Shown: in pieces, positions 53,349-63,159 of the stretch
Position numbering within the stretch: position 1 is the first letter of the stretch
How the letters are laid out: every line of letters begins with the position of its first letter
DNA from: an uncultured delta proteobacterium
GTDB lineage: Bacteria; Desulfobacterota; Zymogenia; Zymogenales; Zymogenaceae
Reading direction: 5' to 3'
Assembly: GCA_963735595.1 (NCBI GenBank)
Contig: CAVTLK010000005.1
Coordinates: 736,001-800,000 of the forward strand
DNA length: 64,000 nucleotides
Notes under the pieces: generated by a model
Seen by the model: only the letters and a program-made list of their open reading frames with translations
Databases searched by the model: none
Told to the model about the DNA's origin: nothing
Translations under genes and position numbers: made by a program

Positions 53349-53498
53349 GGTGGCCGAGGCGCTTCTCTCCATCGGGACAGCCGTCATTTTCCGCCTCGGT
53401 AGGCGCATCAAATGCGAGACGAGCGTTTCGTGAAATGAAGACACGCCCGTCTCACGGTCGCCCGTTTCCCGGGCTCTGGGGTAACGGAGCCTTAATAT

Positions 53499-53533
53499 GA
53501 TCTGACAGGGGATCTGACAGCGGTCCGACAGGG
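53499..53533 (+). repeat. Three ~12-bp tandem repeats upstream of the ferredoxin RBS
   Basis: gatctgacaggg / gatctgacagc / ggtccgacaggg. Confidence 0.6.
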
Positions 53534-53543
53534 AGGATATCAA

Positions 53544-53738
53544 ATGGCCAAAAAACCGTACGTGGATCAGGACGTGTGCACCGGGTGCGAGACCTGCATC
53601 GACGTCTGCCCGGGAGTTTTCCGGCTTACCGACGATATGGTGGCCGAGGTATTCAATCCTACGGGGGCGACTGCAGAAGAGATCCAGGAAGCGATCGAAT
53701 CCTGCCCGGTGGAATGTATCAGCTGGGTTGAGGGGTAA
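53544..53738 (+). CDS. Ferredoxin (single 4Fe-4S type)
   Basis: CTGCETCIDVCP...SCPVECI; RBS ggagg. Confidence 0.92.
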   Translation: MAKKPYVDQDVCTGCETCIDVCPGVFRLTDDMVAEVFNPTGATAEEIQEAIESCPVECISWVEG

Positions 53739-53774
53739 AAAACGCCCCGCACGTCTCTTTCGTGCGGGGCGTTT
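53737..53774. terminator. Bidirectional terminator
   Basis: Perfect 14-bp stem aaacgccccgcacg / cgtgcggggcgttt. Confidence 0.8.
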
Positions 53775-53809
53775 GGACACTATTCCCGTATGAAACGGCC
53801 TCCGGCCGC

Positions 53810-54969
53810 TTAGTACCTGATCTCGAGGTCGGACGTCGGGTATGCAAGGCACGAGTGGATGTAGTTGAACCACCGGTCGGCCTCCCGCACGGTAACGCGA
53901 TCGGGCATATAGGCCGTACCCGTGACCACCTTCGTCCGACAGAGGCTGCATTCGCCGCTCCGGCACTGGCTGGGGATGACCAGCCCCGCCCGCTCGATGG
54001 CGACGATGATAGGCTCGGAAGCCCTCGCCTTGATGGTCTGCTTCCCGTTGACGCTGATAGAAAAGACCGCGTCAGGCTTGACAGACGCGGGCCATCCCGG
54101 TTCCCTGGTGACGTCGGTCGGCGGACCCGAAGATTCTTTCTTGATCCTCCGGCCCGGCACGCCCAGCTTGATAAGCTCCGGTTCCACGAACCGGTACATC
54201 AGCTCGGGCCCGCAGAGATAGAAGGTCTTTCCCTTTACATCCCCCACGCACTTTTTTATCACGTCGCCGGTAATGAATCCGGTCGTTCCCTTATAGCCGG
54301 GTCCCGGCTCCGAAACCACGAGTTCACAGCGGATATTCTTATGCCGATCGGTGATGCCCGCAAGCTCCTCTCCGAAGATCACATCGTCGGTAGTCCTCGT
54401 CCCGTAGATGAGCCGGATGTTCATGTCCAGCGAGCGCTCCGTCACCTCCCGGATGATGCTCCGAAAGGGCGTGACGCCTGACCCCCCGGCGATGAACACG
54501 AGGTCTTTACCGTCGGTCAGTGGCTCATGATAAAAGAACCCGGCGGGCCCGGAGATCTGGAACTCGTCTCCGGCCTTGACCGTGTCGATCAGGTAGGACG
54601 AGACGAAGCCCGGATCCATTCTTCTGACCGTCAGCTCATAAAAGCCCCGCTGGTGGGGGGGGAGGATATCGAGAAGGCCCGGCCGGTCTTTACGTTTCCG
54701 ATGGTGACTTCCCAGTTGACGTACTGCCCCGCACGAAAGGGGGGAAGGTAGCCGTCAACGGGGGACAGGCGGAAGGTCTTAGCGGAGGCGGTCTCTCCAA
54801 AGATATCCGCTACCCTGACCGCGATTTTTTTGGGGTGGAGCAGCTTGACGTAGCTTTCCGCGAAATCCTTAGGGATGGATAAATCGCCGAAGACGTGTTT
54901 GAGCGTCTCACGCTCGGCAACGGCCTCCCCGAATCCCTCGACATGCCCCATGAATTCTTTTATATCCAT
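53810..54969 (-). CDS. FNR-type FAD/NAD-binding oxidoreductase with C-terminal 2Fe-2S domain (frameshift near 54650)
   Basis: PFRAGQY, RAFSISS, AGGSGVTP, YLCGP, CRSGECSLC..SC. Confidence 0.88.
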
Positions 54970-54979
54970 CGTCTTCTCC

Positions 54980-56482
54980 TTACAAAAGCATTTTAAGGGC
55001 ACGCCCTCCGGCGATTGACCCTGACATGATCGAGGGCTGGTAACCGCCTCCGGGGATTGTCCATGCGGAGGCAAAAAAGAGGCCTTTGATGGGAGTATTA
55101 TGCCTGAGCCTCAGCAGGCCGGAGTCGGAGAGGTATTGGTCGAAGCCGTATATCGCCCCGCCGATGTTCCCGGTGTAGCGCATGTTGGTGATGGGGGTGG
55201 AGACTTCGACGACCTCCATGTGCTCGCGGAGGCCCGGGTGGAATTTCTCCGCGATATCGAGCGCCGCGTCCGCAAACCGGTTCTTGGCGTCCACGTACCG
55301 GTCGGGGGGCACGAGATACCAGGGCCGTGCGTAGGAGGCAAGAAGGATATTGCCCAGGGTCGTCCCCGGGGGGGAGACGTCGGGATCGGTCATGTTATAA
55401 AAGGTCAGGAATATCCCCTCGGGAGGATCCAGGGTAAAGGCCTTCTCCCAAATCGGGTCGGCGTTCGCGGAAAAGTTGAGGTAGTTCTCGTGGACCTTGC
55501 CGCCGACCGCCTCCGGCGGGCAATCGAGCCCGAAAAATACATTGACCAGCGAAAAGCCCGGGATTCGGCTGTTGAGGTCGCGCATGTATTCCCGCGGGAC
55601 GGCGTCGATACCCACGAGGTTGATCATGGCCGCAAGCGGGTTGGCGTTGGAGATCACCGTGGTCGCCGTGATCTCTTCGTCCTCGTCGGTGATGACGCCG
55701 GTGACCTTGCCGCCGCCCGTGGTGATCTTCCTGGCCCCACAGTTGAACCGCACCTCTCCGCCGTTTTCGGTAAGAGACTCGATGAAGGCGTTGGAGAGGG
55801 CCTGGCAGCGCCCCCTGATGTGGTTGGGCGGCGTATCCAGGAAGGACTCCCACGCGGCCGACATCAGGTGGAACGGAACCTTGGAGGGGGGGAGGCCCAG
55901 GTATCCCCAGTAGGGTGAGAGCACGGTCTTGAGGTCCTGGTCGGTGATAAAGGCGTCCAGGACCTCCTGGTAGGTTTTCATGCCGTACTTGACGAACGTG
56001 GGCAGTGAGGCGGGGTCAAGATCGGTGCCGCGCATCGACGCGGCCTTGATGACCGCCGCGAAGTCGCTCATCATGGTCCTGGAGGCCTCGAAGAACCGAT
56101 CGATCCCCTCGGCCTGTTTCGGGAAGTGTCCGATCAGATACTCCATGATCTTATCCCTGCCGGCGGGGATGGTCATGTCTATGTTTTTGTCGGCAATTCG
56201 GAAAAGGTCGGTCATGGGGAGAAACGTAAGCTTTCCGGCGACGCCCAGGTAATCGAGGTAATTATAGAGGCTGCCGCGGGCGTCGGGCGGGCCGATTGCC
56301 GAGAGGTCGTGCAGGGAGACGTCAAACTCGAACCGCCCCCGACAGAACGTCGTCGCATAGCCGCCCGGGATATTGTGGCGCTCCAGGAGGAGAACGGACC
56401 TTCCGTTCTTGGCCAGGTATGCCGCAGCCGACATACCCCCCAGCCCCGCCCCGATGACCACCGCGTCATAGTGTTTGGCCAT
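54980..56482 (-). CDS. Phytoene desaturase/retinol saturase-like FAD oxidoreductase
   Basis: IGAGLGG, ERHNIPGGYATTF.RG.FEFD, STPIT..RYT....GAIYG. Confidence 0.85.
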   Translation of the reverse strand: MAKHYDAVVIGAGLGGMSAAAYLAKNGRSVLLLERHNIPGGYATTFCRGRFEFDVSLHDLSAIGPPDARGSLYNYLDYLGVAGKLTFLPMTDLFRIADKNIDMTIPAGRDKIMEYLIGHFPKQAEGIDRFFEASRTMMSDFAAVIKAASMRGTDLDPASLPTFVKYGMKTYQEVLDAFITDQDLKTVLSPYWGYLGLPPSKVPFHLMSAAWESFLDTPPNHIRGRCQALSNAFIESLTENGGEVRFNCGARKITTGGGKVTGVITDEDEEITATTVISNANPLAAMINLVGIDAVPREYMRDLNSRIPGFSLVNVFFGLDCPPEAVGGKVHENYLNFSANADPIWEKAFTLDPPEGIFLTFYNMTDPDVSPPGTTLGNILLASYARPWYLVPPDRYVDAKNRFADAALDIAEKFHPGLREHMEVVEVSTPITNMRYTGNIGGAIYGFDQYLSDSGLLRLRHNTPIKGLFFASAWTIPGGGYQPSIMSGSIAGGRALKMLL

Positions 56483-56593
56483 CTAAAGACTCCTTTGGTT
56501 ATGATGTTAAATGATTTCGTATCGCCGTGGATGCGTATCATATATAAGGCAGGCAACGGGCCGCGGTCCACGGTCGTTCACACAAGACGAGAA

Positions 56594-56618
56594 GACTAAA
56601 TTATTCAGTCGAATAATT
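56594..56618. promoter_or_regulatory. Palindromic operator-like site
   Basis: aattattc-agtc-gaataatt overlapping gactaaa-tta-ttcagtc, upstream of the desaturase-like gene. Confidence 0.45.
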
Positions 56619-56786
56619 CATTCCTTGCTATCAACGAAAACTACCCACTCTCCCGATAGTCAAACGCGGCCGGCACAACGGACGGCATCGCGGCCGTCGG
56701 CACCTGATTATGCTCATACCCGGGATTCTCGTTGACAGTCCTACGGCATATCGGGCGCCCGGTCCAGAAACACGGGCGCCGAAATA

Positions 56787-58793
56787 TCAAATCGTTAGCG
56801 CTTCCTCGAACCCTTCCCGCACCGCATCGGTTATTTTGCGGGGGGCCTTGGCGTCGCCGATGGTGATGACCGAAATCCCGTCCTTTTGGACGGAGGAGGC
56901 GAGCTCGTTGACCGAACGCGCGCCCACGGCGATTATCACGGTGTCTGCCGGTATGGCCTGTTTGCCCTTGCCGGTTTCAACGACCACGGCGTCGTCGGTG
57001 ATTTCCAGGAGCCTGGTGCCGGGCATGAGTTTTACCCCCATCAGCTTCAGGCTCTTCATGAGGGACCAGCGGGAGGTCTTGCTGACGTTATCGGCGATGC
57101 GATCCACCATGTCGATAACGACGACCTCTCTTCCCGGCTTGTGGAGGAGCCCCATAGCGAGGAGGGGGTCCTCGGCGTTGTGGTACATGAGAAACGTGAA
57201 GGCCTCGGGGTCGGGGACGCCCATCGCCGTGAGGTAGTGGGCGGTCTCACACCCGGTGGCGCTGCCGCCGACGATCACCACGCGCTTACCGATATCGGCA
57301 ATTTTATCGGACAATACGTTCCACGCGCTTACGACGTGGGGCTTATCGATCCCCGGGACCTTGATGTCTATGGGGCGCGCCCCGGTGGCCACCACCAGGT
57401 AGTCGGGCCGTTGTTCCTTGACGATTGTTTCGGTGAGGGCGAGCCCCGCCTTGATCGTGACGCCGAAGTGCTCCATCCGGCCTTTCATGGAGTCGATGAT
57501 CTTCTGGAGCTCGTGTTTTCCCGGGGGGACCTTGGCCAGGTTGACCTGTCCGCCGAGGCTGGTATCTTTCTCGTAGAGAGTAACGTCGTGCCCCCGTGCG
57601 GCGGCGGTCAGGGCAAACTCCATCCCGCCGGGACCACCGCCCGCCACAATGACCTTCTTCTTGTTCCTGGCTGGCGTAATCCTGACTTCATTCTCCCGGC
57701 CGACGGTCGGGTTCAGGACACAGTGGACGGCTTTCCCGTAAAAAATCGAATCGAAGCAGCCCTGGTTGCAGGCAATACACGAGACGATCTCATCAAGTCG
57801 TCCTTCCCTGACCTTGTTGGGCAGGTCCGGATCGGCGATCAACGGCCGTCCCCAGCAGATCATGTCGGCCGATCCGGCCCTGAGCACCTTTTCGGCCAGG
57901 GCAGGGTCGCCCAGGCGGTTGGAGGCAAAGACCGGCACGGTAACCTTTTCCTTTATCCCGCGGGCAAGGTAGACATAGACGCCCGCCGGGACGTTGGTGG
58001 TCAGCTGGGGTACGTTGGTCTCGTGCCAGCCGCCGGTCACGTTGACGGCGTCCACGCCGGACTTTTGTGCCGCCGCCGCAAATGCCGCCGATTCCTTGTT
58101 CGTATGGCCTCCATCCATAAAGTCGTTTCCGGCGATACGAATCCCGACGGCGGTATCCGGCCCGACGGCCTCGCGCACGGCGCCGATGACCTCGATTCCA
58201 AAGCGCATCCTATTTTCTATAGGGCCGCCGTATTCGTCCGTCCGCCGGTTGGTGACCGGGGACAGGAACTGGCTGATCAGGTAGCCCGTGCAGGCGATAA
58301 TCTCGATATAGTCAAAGCCCGCCTCTTTGGCCCGCCGTGCCGCCGAGGCAAACGCCGCCTTGACCGTCTCTATGTCGTCCTTGGTCATGGCGCGGGGCGT
58401 TTCCTTGGTCAGCCGGCTGGGGATGGCCGAGGGCCCGATGGAGGTCATGCCGGAGAAGGTGGAGTAGGCGTATCGGCCCATGTGAAACAACTGGGTGCCG
58501 ATGGCGGCGTCGGTGGTTTTACGCATCTCGTCGACAAACACGCGCAGCGGTTCGACGAACCGGTCCTCGAAGAGCCCGGGCATAAAGGGGGCGCTTCCGA
58601 CCCGGTCCACTGCCAGCGGCCCGACGACCATGAGCCCCGCACCGCCGCGGCCGCGCTCGCGGTAGAACGAACAATAGCGCTCGTTGAAGGAATAGTCGTC
58701 CGTCATGAAGAGGCCCATTGCGGGCATGACGATCCTGTTCTTGACGCGGGTCTTATTGATGGTAATCGGCTCAAAGAGCTTGATGAAGTCCAT
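56787..58793 (-). CDS. fadH: NADH:flavin oxidoreductase (OYE + 4Fe-4S + FAD), 2,4-dienoyl-CoA reductase-like
   Basis: KNRIVMPAM, GYLISQFLSP.TN.RTDEYGG, GGWHE, CIACNQGC..C..NP, GGGPGG. Confidence 0.8.
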   Translation of the reverse strand: MDFIKLFEPITINKTRVKNRIVMPAMGLFMTDDYSFNERYCSFYRERGRGGAGLMVVGPLAVDRVGSAPFMPGLFEDRFVEPLRVFVDEMRKTTDAAIGTQLFHMGRYAYSTFSGMTSIGPSAIPSRLTKETPRAMTKDDIETVKAAFASAARRAKEAGFDYIEIIACTGYLISQFLSPVTNRRTDEYGGPIENRMRFGIEVIGAVREAVGPDTAVGIRIAGNDFMDGGHTNKESAAFAAAAQKSGVDAVNVTGGWHETNVPQLTTNVPAGVYVYLARGIKEKVTVPVFASNRLGDPALAEKVLRAGSADMICWGRPLIADPDLPNKVREGRLDEIVSCIACNQGCFDSIFYGKAVHCVLNPTVGRENEVRITPARNKKKVIVAGGGPGGMEFALTAAARGHDVTLYEKDTSLGGQVNLAKVPPGKHELQKIIDSMKGRMEHFGVTIKAGLALTETIVKEQRPDYLVVATGARPIDIKVPGIDKPHVVSAWNVLSDKIADIGKRVVIVGGSATGCETAHYLTAMGVPDPEAFTFLMYHNAEDPLLAMGLLHKPGREVVVIDMVDRIADNVSKTSRWSLMKSLKLMGVKLMPGTRLLEITDDAVVVETGKGKQAIPADTVIIAVGARSVNELASSVQKDGISVITIGDAKAPRKITDAVREGFEEALTI

Positions 58794-58882
58794 AGGTATC
58801 TCTTTTTCTCCGTCTCCCGGTTTTGGGGTCGGTAATAGTCTACGGTCCCGGTCACGGGGCGGCGCCGGCCGGCGCCGCATCG

Positions 58883-59362
58883 CTACGGTTTCGGGAACGG
58901 GCTGGGGATCCCCTCCGGCATCTTCCTGATCTGCCAGGTCCCGTTGACGATCGAGACCACCTCGCCGGATGCGTCCTTGATTTCAAGGGACAGCGCGAAG
59001 TCAGCCTTGCCCTTTTCGCCGGCTTCATTCTGGATGCGGTCGGCCTCTTCTTTGGTGATGGCGACCTCCAGCGTCACGTCGGTCAGCGCCGGACGCCTGA
59101 AGCGTATGCTGACCTCCTTGACTATCGGCACATACTTCTCCGTGTCGAAGCTCGCGCCGTGGATGACGCCGCCGGATATCTCGCCGATCGAAAACAACGA
59201 CCCGGCGTACATCATGCCGATGTGGTTGGCGTTTCCCTCCAGCGGCATCCTAATTTTCACGTAGCGCTCGCTCATGTCGACAATCGTAAGCCCCGTCCGC
59301 TTTATGGCCGGGATGCCGTTCTGGCAGTAGTCGGCGATGACTTTATATTGTTTCTCGATCAT
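58883..59362 (-). CDS. Hotdog-fold thioesterase (YiiD C-terminal/PaaI-like)
   Basis: PLEGNANHIGMMYAGSLF, IRFRRPA. Confidence 0.8.
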   Translation of the reverse strand: MIEKQYKVIADYCQNGIPAIKRTGLTIVDMSERYVKIRMPLEGNANHIGMMYAGSLFSIGEISGGVIHGASFDTEKYVPIVKEVSIRFRRPALTDVTLEVAITKEEADRIQNEAGEKGKADFALSLEIKDASGEVVSIVNGTWQIRKMPEGIPSPFPKP

Positions 59363-59399
59363 ACATTCCTCCCTTTTCGTGGATGAAACGGCGCGGCGC

Positions 59400-60209
59400 C
59401 TATTTCCGCTTCCATTGGGGGTCCCGCTTATTGATAAGGGCCTGGACCCCCTCCTTGAAGTCGTCTGTGCGCAGCAGCATGCTCTGCATGCCGACCTCCA
59501 TGTCCAAATGAGTCATGAGGTCCACCCCCTCGCCCCGCTTGATAACCCGTTTGGCCGCGCCGACGGCAAGGGGTGCCATCTTGATGATGTCGCGGGCCAT
59601 GTTATCGGCCTCCTCCATGAGGCGGTCCGGGGGGTAGATGTAGTTGACGATTCCCCAGTCGAGCGCCTGCTGCGCGGAGTACATCCGCCCGGTCATGAGG
59701 ATCTCCATCGCCCGGGACTGGCCGACGATGCGGGCCAGCCGCGCCGTGCCGCCGAGATCGGGGATGAGGCCGAACTTGAGCTCCTGCATCCCCCACTGGC
59801 AGTCATCGCTCATCAGCCGGATGTCGCAGATCAGCGAGAACTCGAGGCCCAGGCCGTAGACCCGGCTGTGCATGGCGCAGATGATGGGGATCTCGATGGT
59901 CTCCAGCCGGTTAAGGAAGTACTGGAACCGGTGAATATCGGCGCGGATCGGTGCGCCGCCGGCCGCCGAATCGGGCATGAACCGGCCGACCAGGGCGCCC
60001 AGCGAGTTGAAATCGACGCCGGCCGAGAAGAGCTTCCCCTCGCCCTTGAGGATGATCACGCGGATCTCGGGATCGACGATCAGATCCTCGACCATCTGCG
60101 ATATCTGTCCGAGCATCTCAAAGGAGATGGCGTTTCTCTTGTCCGGCCGGTTGAGGGTTATATAGAAGATGTTTCCCTTCTTTTCTCCGAGGACCGTTTG
60201 TTCAGTCAT
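59400..60209 (-). CDS. Enoyl-CoA hydratase/isomerase
   Basis: LNRPDKRNA, FSAGVD, GLGLE, ELKFGLIPDLGG. Confidence 0.9.
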   Translation of the reverse strand: MTEQTVLGEKKGNIFYITLNRPDKRNAISFEMLGQISQMVEDLIVDPEIRVIILKGEGKLFSAGVDFNSLGALVGRFMPDSAAGGAPIRADIHRFQYFLNRLETIEIPIICAMHSRVYGLGLEFSLICDIRLMSDDCQWGMQELKFGLIPDLGGTARLARIVGQSRAMEILMTGRMYSAQQALDWGIVNYIYPPDRLMEEADNMARDIIKMAPLAVGAAKRVIKRGEGVDLMTHLDMEVGMQSMLLRTDDFKEGVQALINKRDPQWKRK

Positions 60210-60256
60210 ATCATCCTCCCGTCCGCCCCGGTTTCTATTCCCTGGGCCGATCCCCG

Positions 60257-61249
60257 TTATGCGGACAGCTTCTTCTTGGTTTTTTCGAGCTGCTCGACGG
60301 CCTCCTTGGCCATACGATCCAACAGTTCCTTGACGGTGGGGATATCCTTGATAAAGCCGATAGACTGGCCCACCATGAGCGGGGCATAGTCCACGTCCCC
60401 GGTCTTCCATGACTGGTTGATGCGGTCGCCGGCCATGAGGGGGATGAGCTCCTCGAGGCCGCCGCCCCGGGCTTCTATGGCCAGGATGTCGGCAATGTTC
60501 TTGCTCTTGAGGGCGCGTCCCTGCAGGCCGATGGACTTTCCGAAGAGGGTCGTGTCGTTTTCCTGTCGATCAATCAATTCCTGCTTGATCTTATCGTGGC
60601 AGTCGCAGTCCTTGGTGGCGATGAAACGCGAGGCCATCATCACGCCCTCGGCCCCGAGGGTAAGGGCGGCCGCCACGGACCTGCCGTCGGAAATGCCGCC
60701 CACGGTGACTACCGGGATCTTGACCATTTCGGTGATCCGGGGGGTCAGCACCATGGTGGTGACGTCGTCGTTGAGGGGGTGGCCGCCTTCCTCGATGCCG
60801 GCGGCGAAGATGCCGTCGTACCCGGCCTTTTCGGCGTGGACGGCGTGCCTGACCGCGCCGACCTTGTGGAACATCTTGACGCCGGCCTTCTTGAGCATAT
60901 CGACGGCCTCCGGCCCGATGCCCTTGTCGAGGGGGCTGCCGGAAACCTCGATGCCGGCGACCTTCTCCTCGGCGCACACCTTGACGTACATCTTGTGGTG
61001 CTCCGAGGATATACGCACGGAGGGGAGGATCGTTATGCCGACGAAAAAGGGTTTATCGGTCAGTTTTTTCGTTTCCCTGATCGCGTTTCTGAAGTCATCC
61101 TCGGAGTTCCAGTTACCCGCGGTAATATTCCCGATACCGCCGGCGTTGCTGATGGCGGCGCAGAGCTTGGGGGTGCACAGCCACATCATCGCCCCGCAGA
61201 TGATGGGGTACTTGACGCCGAACATTTCGGTGATCTTGGTCTTGAACAT
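60257..61249 (-). CDS. Nitronate monooxygenase/FabK-like flavoenzyme
   Basis: YPIICGAM, ISNAGGIG, GIEEGGHP, GGISDGR, MASRF. Confidence 0.88.
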   Translation of the reverse strand: MFKTKITEMFGVKYPIICGAMMWLCTPKLCAAISNAGGIGNITAGNWNSEDDFRNAIRETKKLTDKPFFVGITILPSVRISSEHHKMYVKVCAEEKVAGIEVSGSPLDKGIGPEAVDMLKKAGVKMFHKVGAVRHAVHAEKAGYDGIFAAGIEEGGHPLNDDVTTMVLTPRITEMVKIPVVTVGGISDGRSVAAALTLGAEGVMMASRFIATKDCDCHDKIKQELIDRQENDTTLFGKSIGLQGRALKSKNIADILAIEARGGGLEELIPLMAGDRINQSWKTGDVDYAPLMVGQSIGFIKDIPTVKELLDRMAKEAVEQLEKTKKKLSA

Positions 61250-61348
61250 GAGTTCCTCCTACTCCTAATGGGGGTTTTGCCGGATATTGTGGTCTGTCTG
61301 TTAGGTTCCTTTTTGTCGCGCCAGCCGGGTGCCGGAGGCGGTAACTAT

Positions 61349-61405
61349 CTTAAAGTATAACTTTAAGCTTTATGACTTTATAGCAGACCCATGCTGCCGT
61401 GTCAA
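61349..61405 (-). promoter_or_regulatory. Promoter and downstream palindromic operator of the acyl-CoA operon
   Basis: TTGACA-N17-TATAAA on the minus strand; cttaaagt-ata-actttaag perfect 8-bp inverted repeat at 61349-61367. Confidence 0.65.
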
Positions 61406-61614
61406 TAGTTTTCGGCGGTTTGGAAGCTTTTTCCTGGGGTGACCGTCAGGAATTTGAGATCGGATACCGATCGAAATTCGCACGCGGGAAGTGAGGATTT
61501 GGTCTCTTTCCCTTGACCGGGCGGGCGTATCGGATCGGCACGGGGCTATCGGCTCGCTTACGGGGGTCCAATCGCCGGAAAGCCCGGCGACCCTGACACG
61601 GAGTCGGGCAGTTA

Positions 61615-61643
61615 TAAAAAAGCGGGGGGCATGCCCCCCGCTT
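61615..61643 (-). terminator. Rho-independent terminator of the MFS gene
   Basis: aagcgggggg-catg-ccccccgctt followed by a T run on the minus strand. Confidence 0.8.
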
Positions 61644-61662
61644 CGCTTAACGTATGGCCCCG

Positions 61663-62937
61663 TTATTCCTTTTCGAGGGCATGATCTCCGACCTTTTCTA
61701 CGTCGGCCGGGTAGTGGCGGGAGCCGAAAAAGAACAGGGCGCCCCCGACAAAACCGCCAAGAGACATAATCATCAGCGCGCTCCGGAGACCTTCGGCGCC
61801 CCCGCCTAACGAATCCGAGATCACCCCTACCAACATCGGGGCCCAGCCGCCGCCCAGGACATACATGACGAAGACCGCCATGCCCCAGGCCATGCTTTTG
61901 AGCCCTGCCTTCACGACGTCCTGCGTGATGGACGCCAGGGCCGGCAGTGCAGACATTGTGAAGAAGCACCAGACGAGCGCAAGCCCGAACCCGACGCCGG
62001 CCACGTTCAACAAAAGGGCGACGATGATGAAGAGGGCCGCCGCGGCGTCGGCCAGGGCCGCCCATAGCATCCTTCCGCGGGGGCTTTTCTTCTGCCAGAA
62101 GTCGGCCAGGAGACCTCCGAGGGGAGCGCCGAAAACCGCCATGAGGCTGATGATCCCCAGCAGCATCCCGGCCTTATCCTCGGCAATGCTCCGCGACCGC
62201 ATAAAATAGGCCGAGAGCCAGGTAAGAAGCGAGAAGGCCATGACGTTGTGCATGACGTGCCCGAGGTAAAGCCACCTGAGGGTTGGGATACGGAAGAGGG
62301 CGGCGGCCGAGGAGAAGAAGCCGAGCCGGTTTCCGGCCGCGTCCACTTCGTCGGCCGTTTTGTAGTCCCTCAGGAAGAACGCCGCCACGCCGAGGATGAT
62401 CCCCGGCACGGCAAACACGAAAAACGGGGTCTGCCAGCCATACTTCTTGGAGAGGACCCCGCCGAGGACGACTCCGAGCACCGCCCCGAGGCCGGAGAAG
62501 AGAGAAAAGATGCCTAAAACTGCGGCCCTCGACCGGCTCGGATAGGACGCAGACACCATAGCGGTGCCGCCGGCGGTGAAGCCGGCCTCACCCACGCCGA
62601 CAATTGCGCGGGGGACGACTACGCCCAGGAAGCTTCTTCCCAGGCCGGTCAGGTAGGTGAAGACGCTCCAAATGACGGCCATAAGCGCTACCGCCTTTCT
62701 CCTGCTCCAGCGGTCGGCGAGATAGGCTACCGGAAACGAGAAGAGGGCAATACCCAGCAGGAAGATCGTCTGGACGGCCCCCGCCTGGAAGTCGTTGAGC
62801 CCCAGATCGATGCGCATTGGTTCGAGTACCGCCGACAGGACCTGTCGGTCCATGAAATTGACCAGGTACAACAGAGACATAACTACCAGCACCATATGGG
62901 CGCCGATCCCCCCTGCCGCATACTCTTTTTCCTTCAT
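61663..62937 (-). CDS. Spinster-like MFS transporter
   Basis: LLYLVNFMDRQVLS, LADRWSRR, RAIVGVGEA, GWQTPF. Confidence 0.85.
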   Translation of the reverse strand: MKEKEYAAGGIGAHMVLVVMSLLYLVNFMDRQVLSAVLEPMRIDLGLNDFQAGAVQTIFLLGIALFSFPVAYLADRWSRRKAVALMAVIWSVFTYLTGLGRSFLGVVVPRAIVGVGEAGFTAGGTAMVSASYPSRSRAAVLGIFSLFSGLGAVLGVVLGGVLSKKYGWQTPFFVFAVPGIILGVAAFFLRDYKTADEVDAAGNRLGFFSSAAALFRIPTLRWLYLGHVMHNVMAFSLLTWLSAYFMRSRSIAEDKAGMLLGIISLMAVFGAPLGGLLADFWQKKSPRGRMLWAALADAAAALFIIVALLLNVAGVGFGLALVWCFFTMSALPALASITQDVVKAGLKSMAWGMAVFVMYVLGGGWAPMLVGVISDSLGGGAEGLRSALMIMSLGGFVGGALFFFGSRHYPADVEKVGDHALEKE

Positions 62938-63159
62938 ACCTGCACCTCTATATAAATGGAATTAGATAATCTGTACTATAATAAGTTACTTATCGAAACT
63001 TAACTATACGGTCGGGAGGGCCGTTTTTCAAGTTAAAAGTTGTGACGACGGCCAAGTTGCGCTATAGTATCTAACACATATGAATAGTCGCCTTTGATCT
63101 CCCGGCCACCGGTATCCGCCGGCCGATCAAAGGCCGGAAACTTCCGAAAGGATAACGAT

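Noticed and set aside
54980..56482. Carotenoid biosynthesis (crtI)
   Set aside because: No phytoene synthase or prenyltransferase nearby; the context is acyl-CoA/redox metabolism.
56886..58835. 649-aa plus-strand ORF (likewise 19031..20428 and 59337..60389)
   Set aside because: Antisense shadows of well-supported genes (FadH-like, cysK, crotonase).
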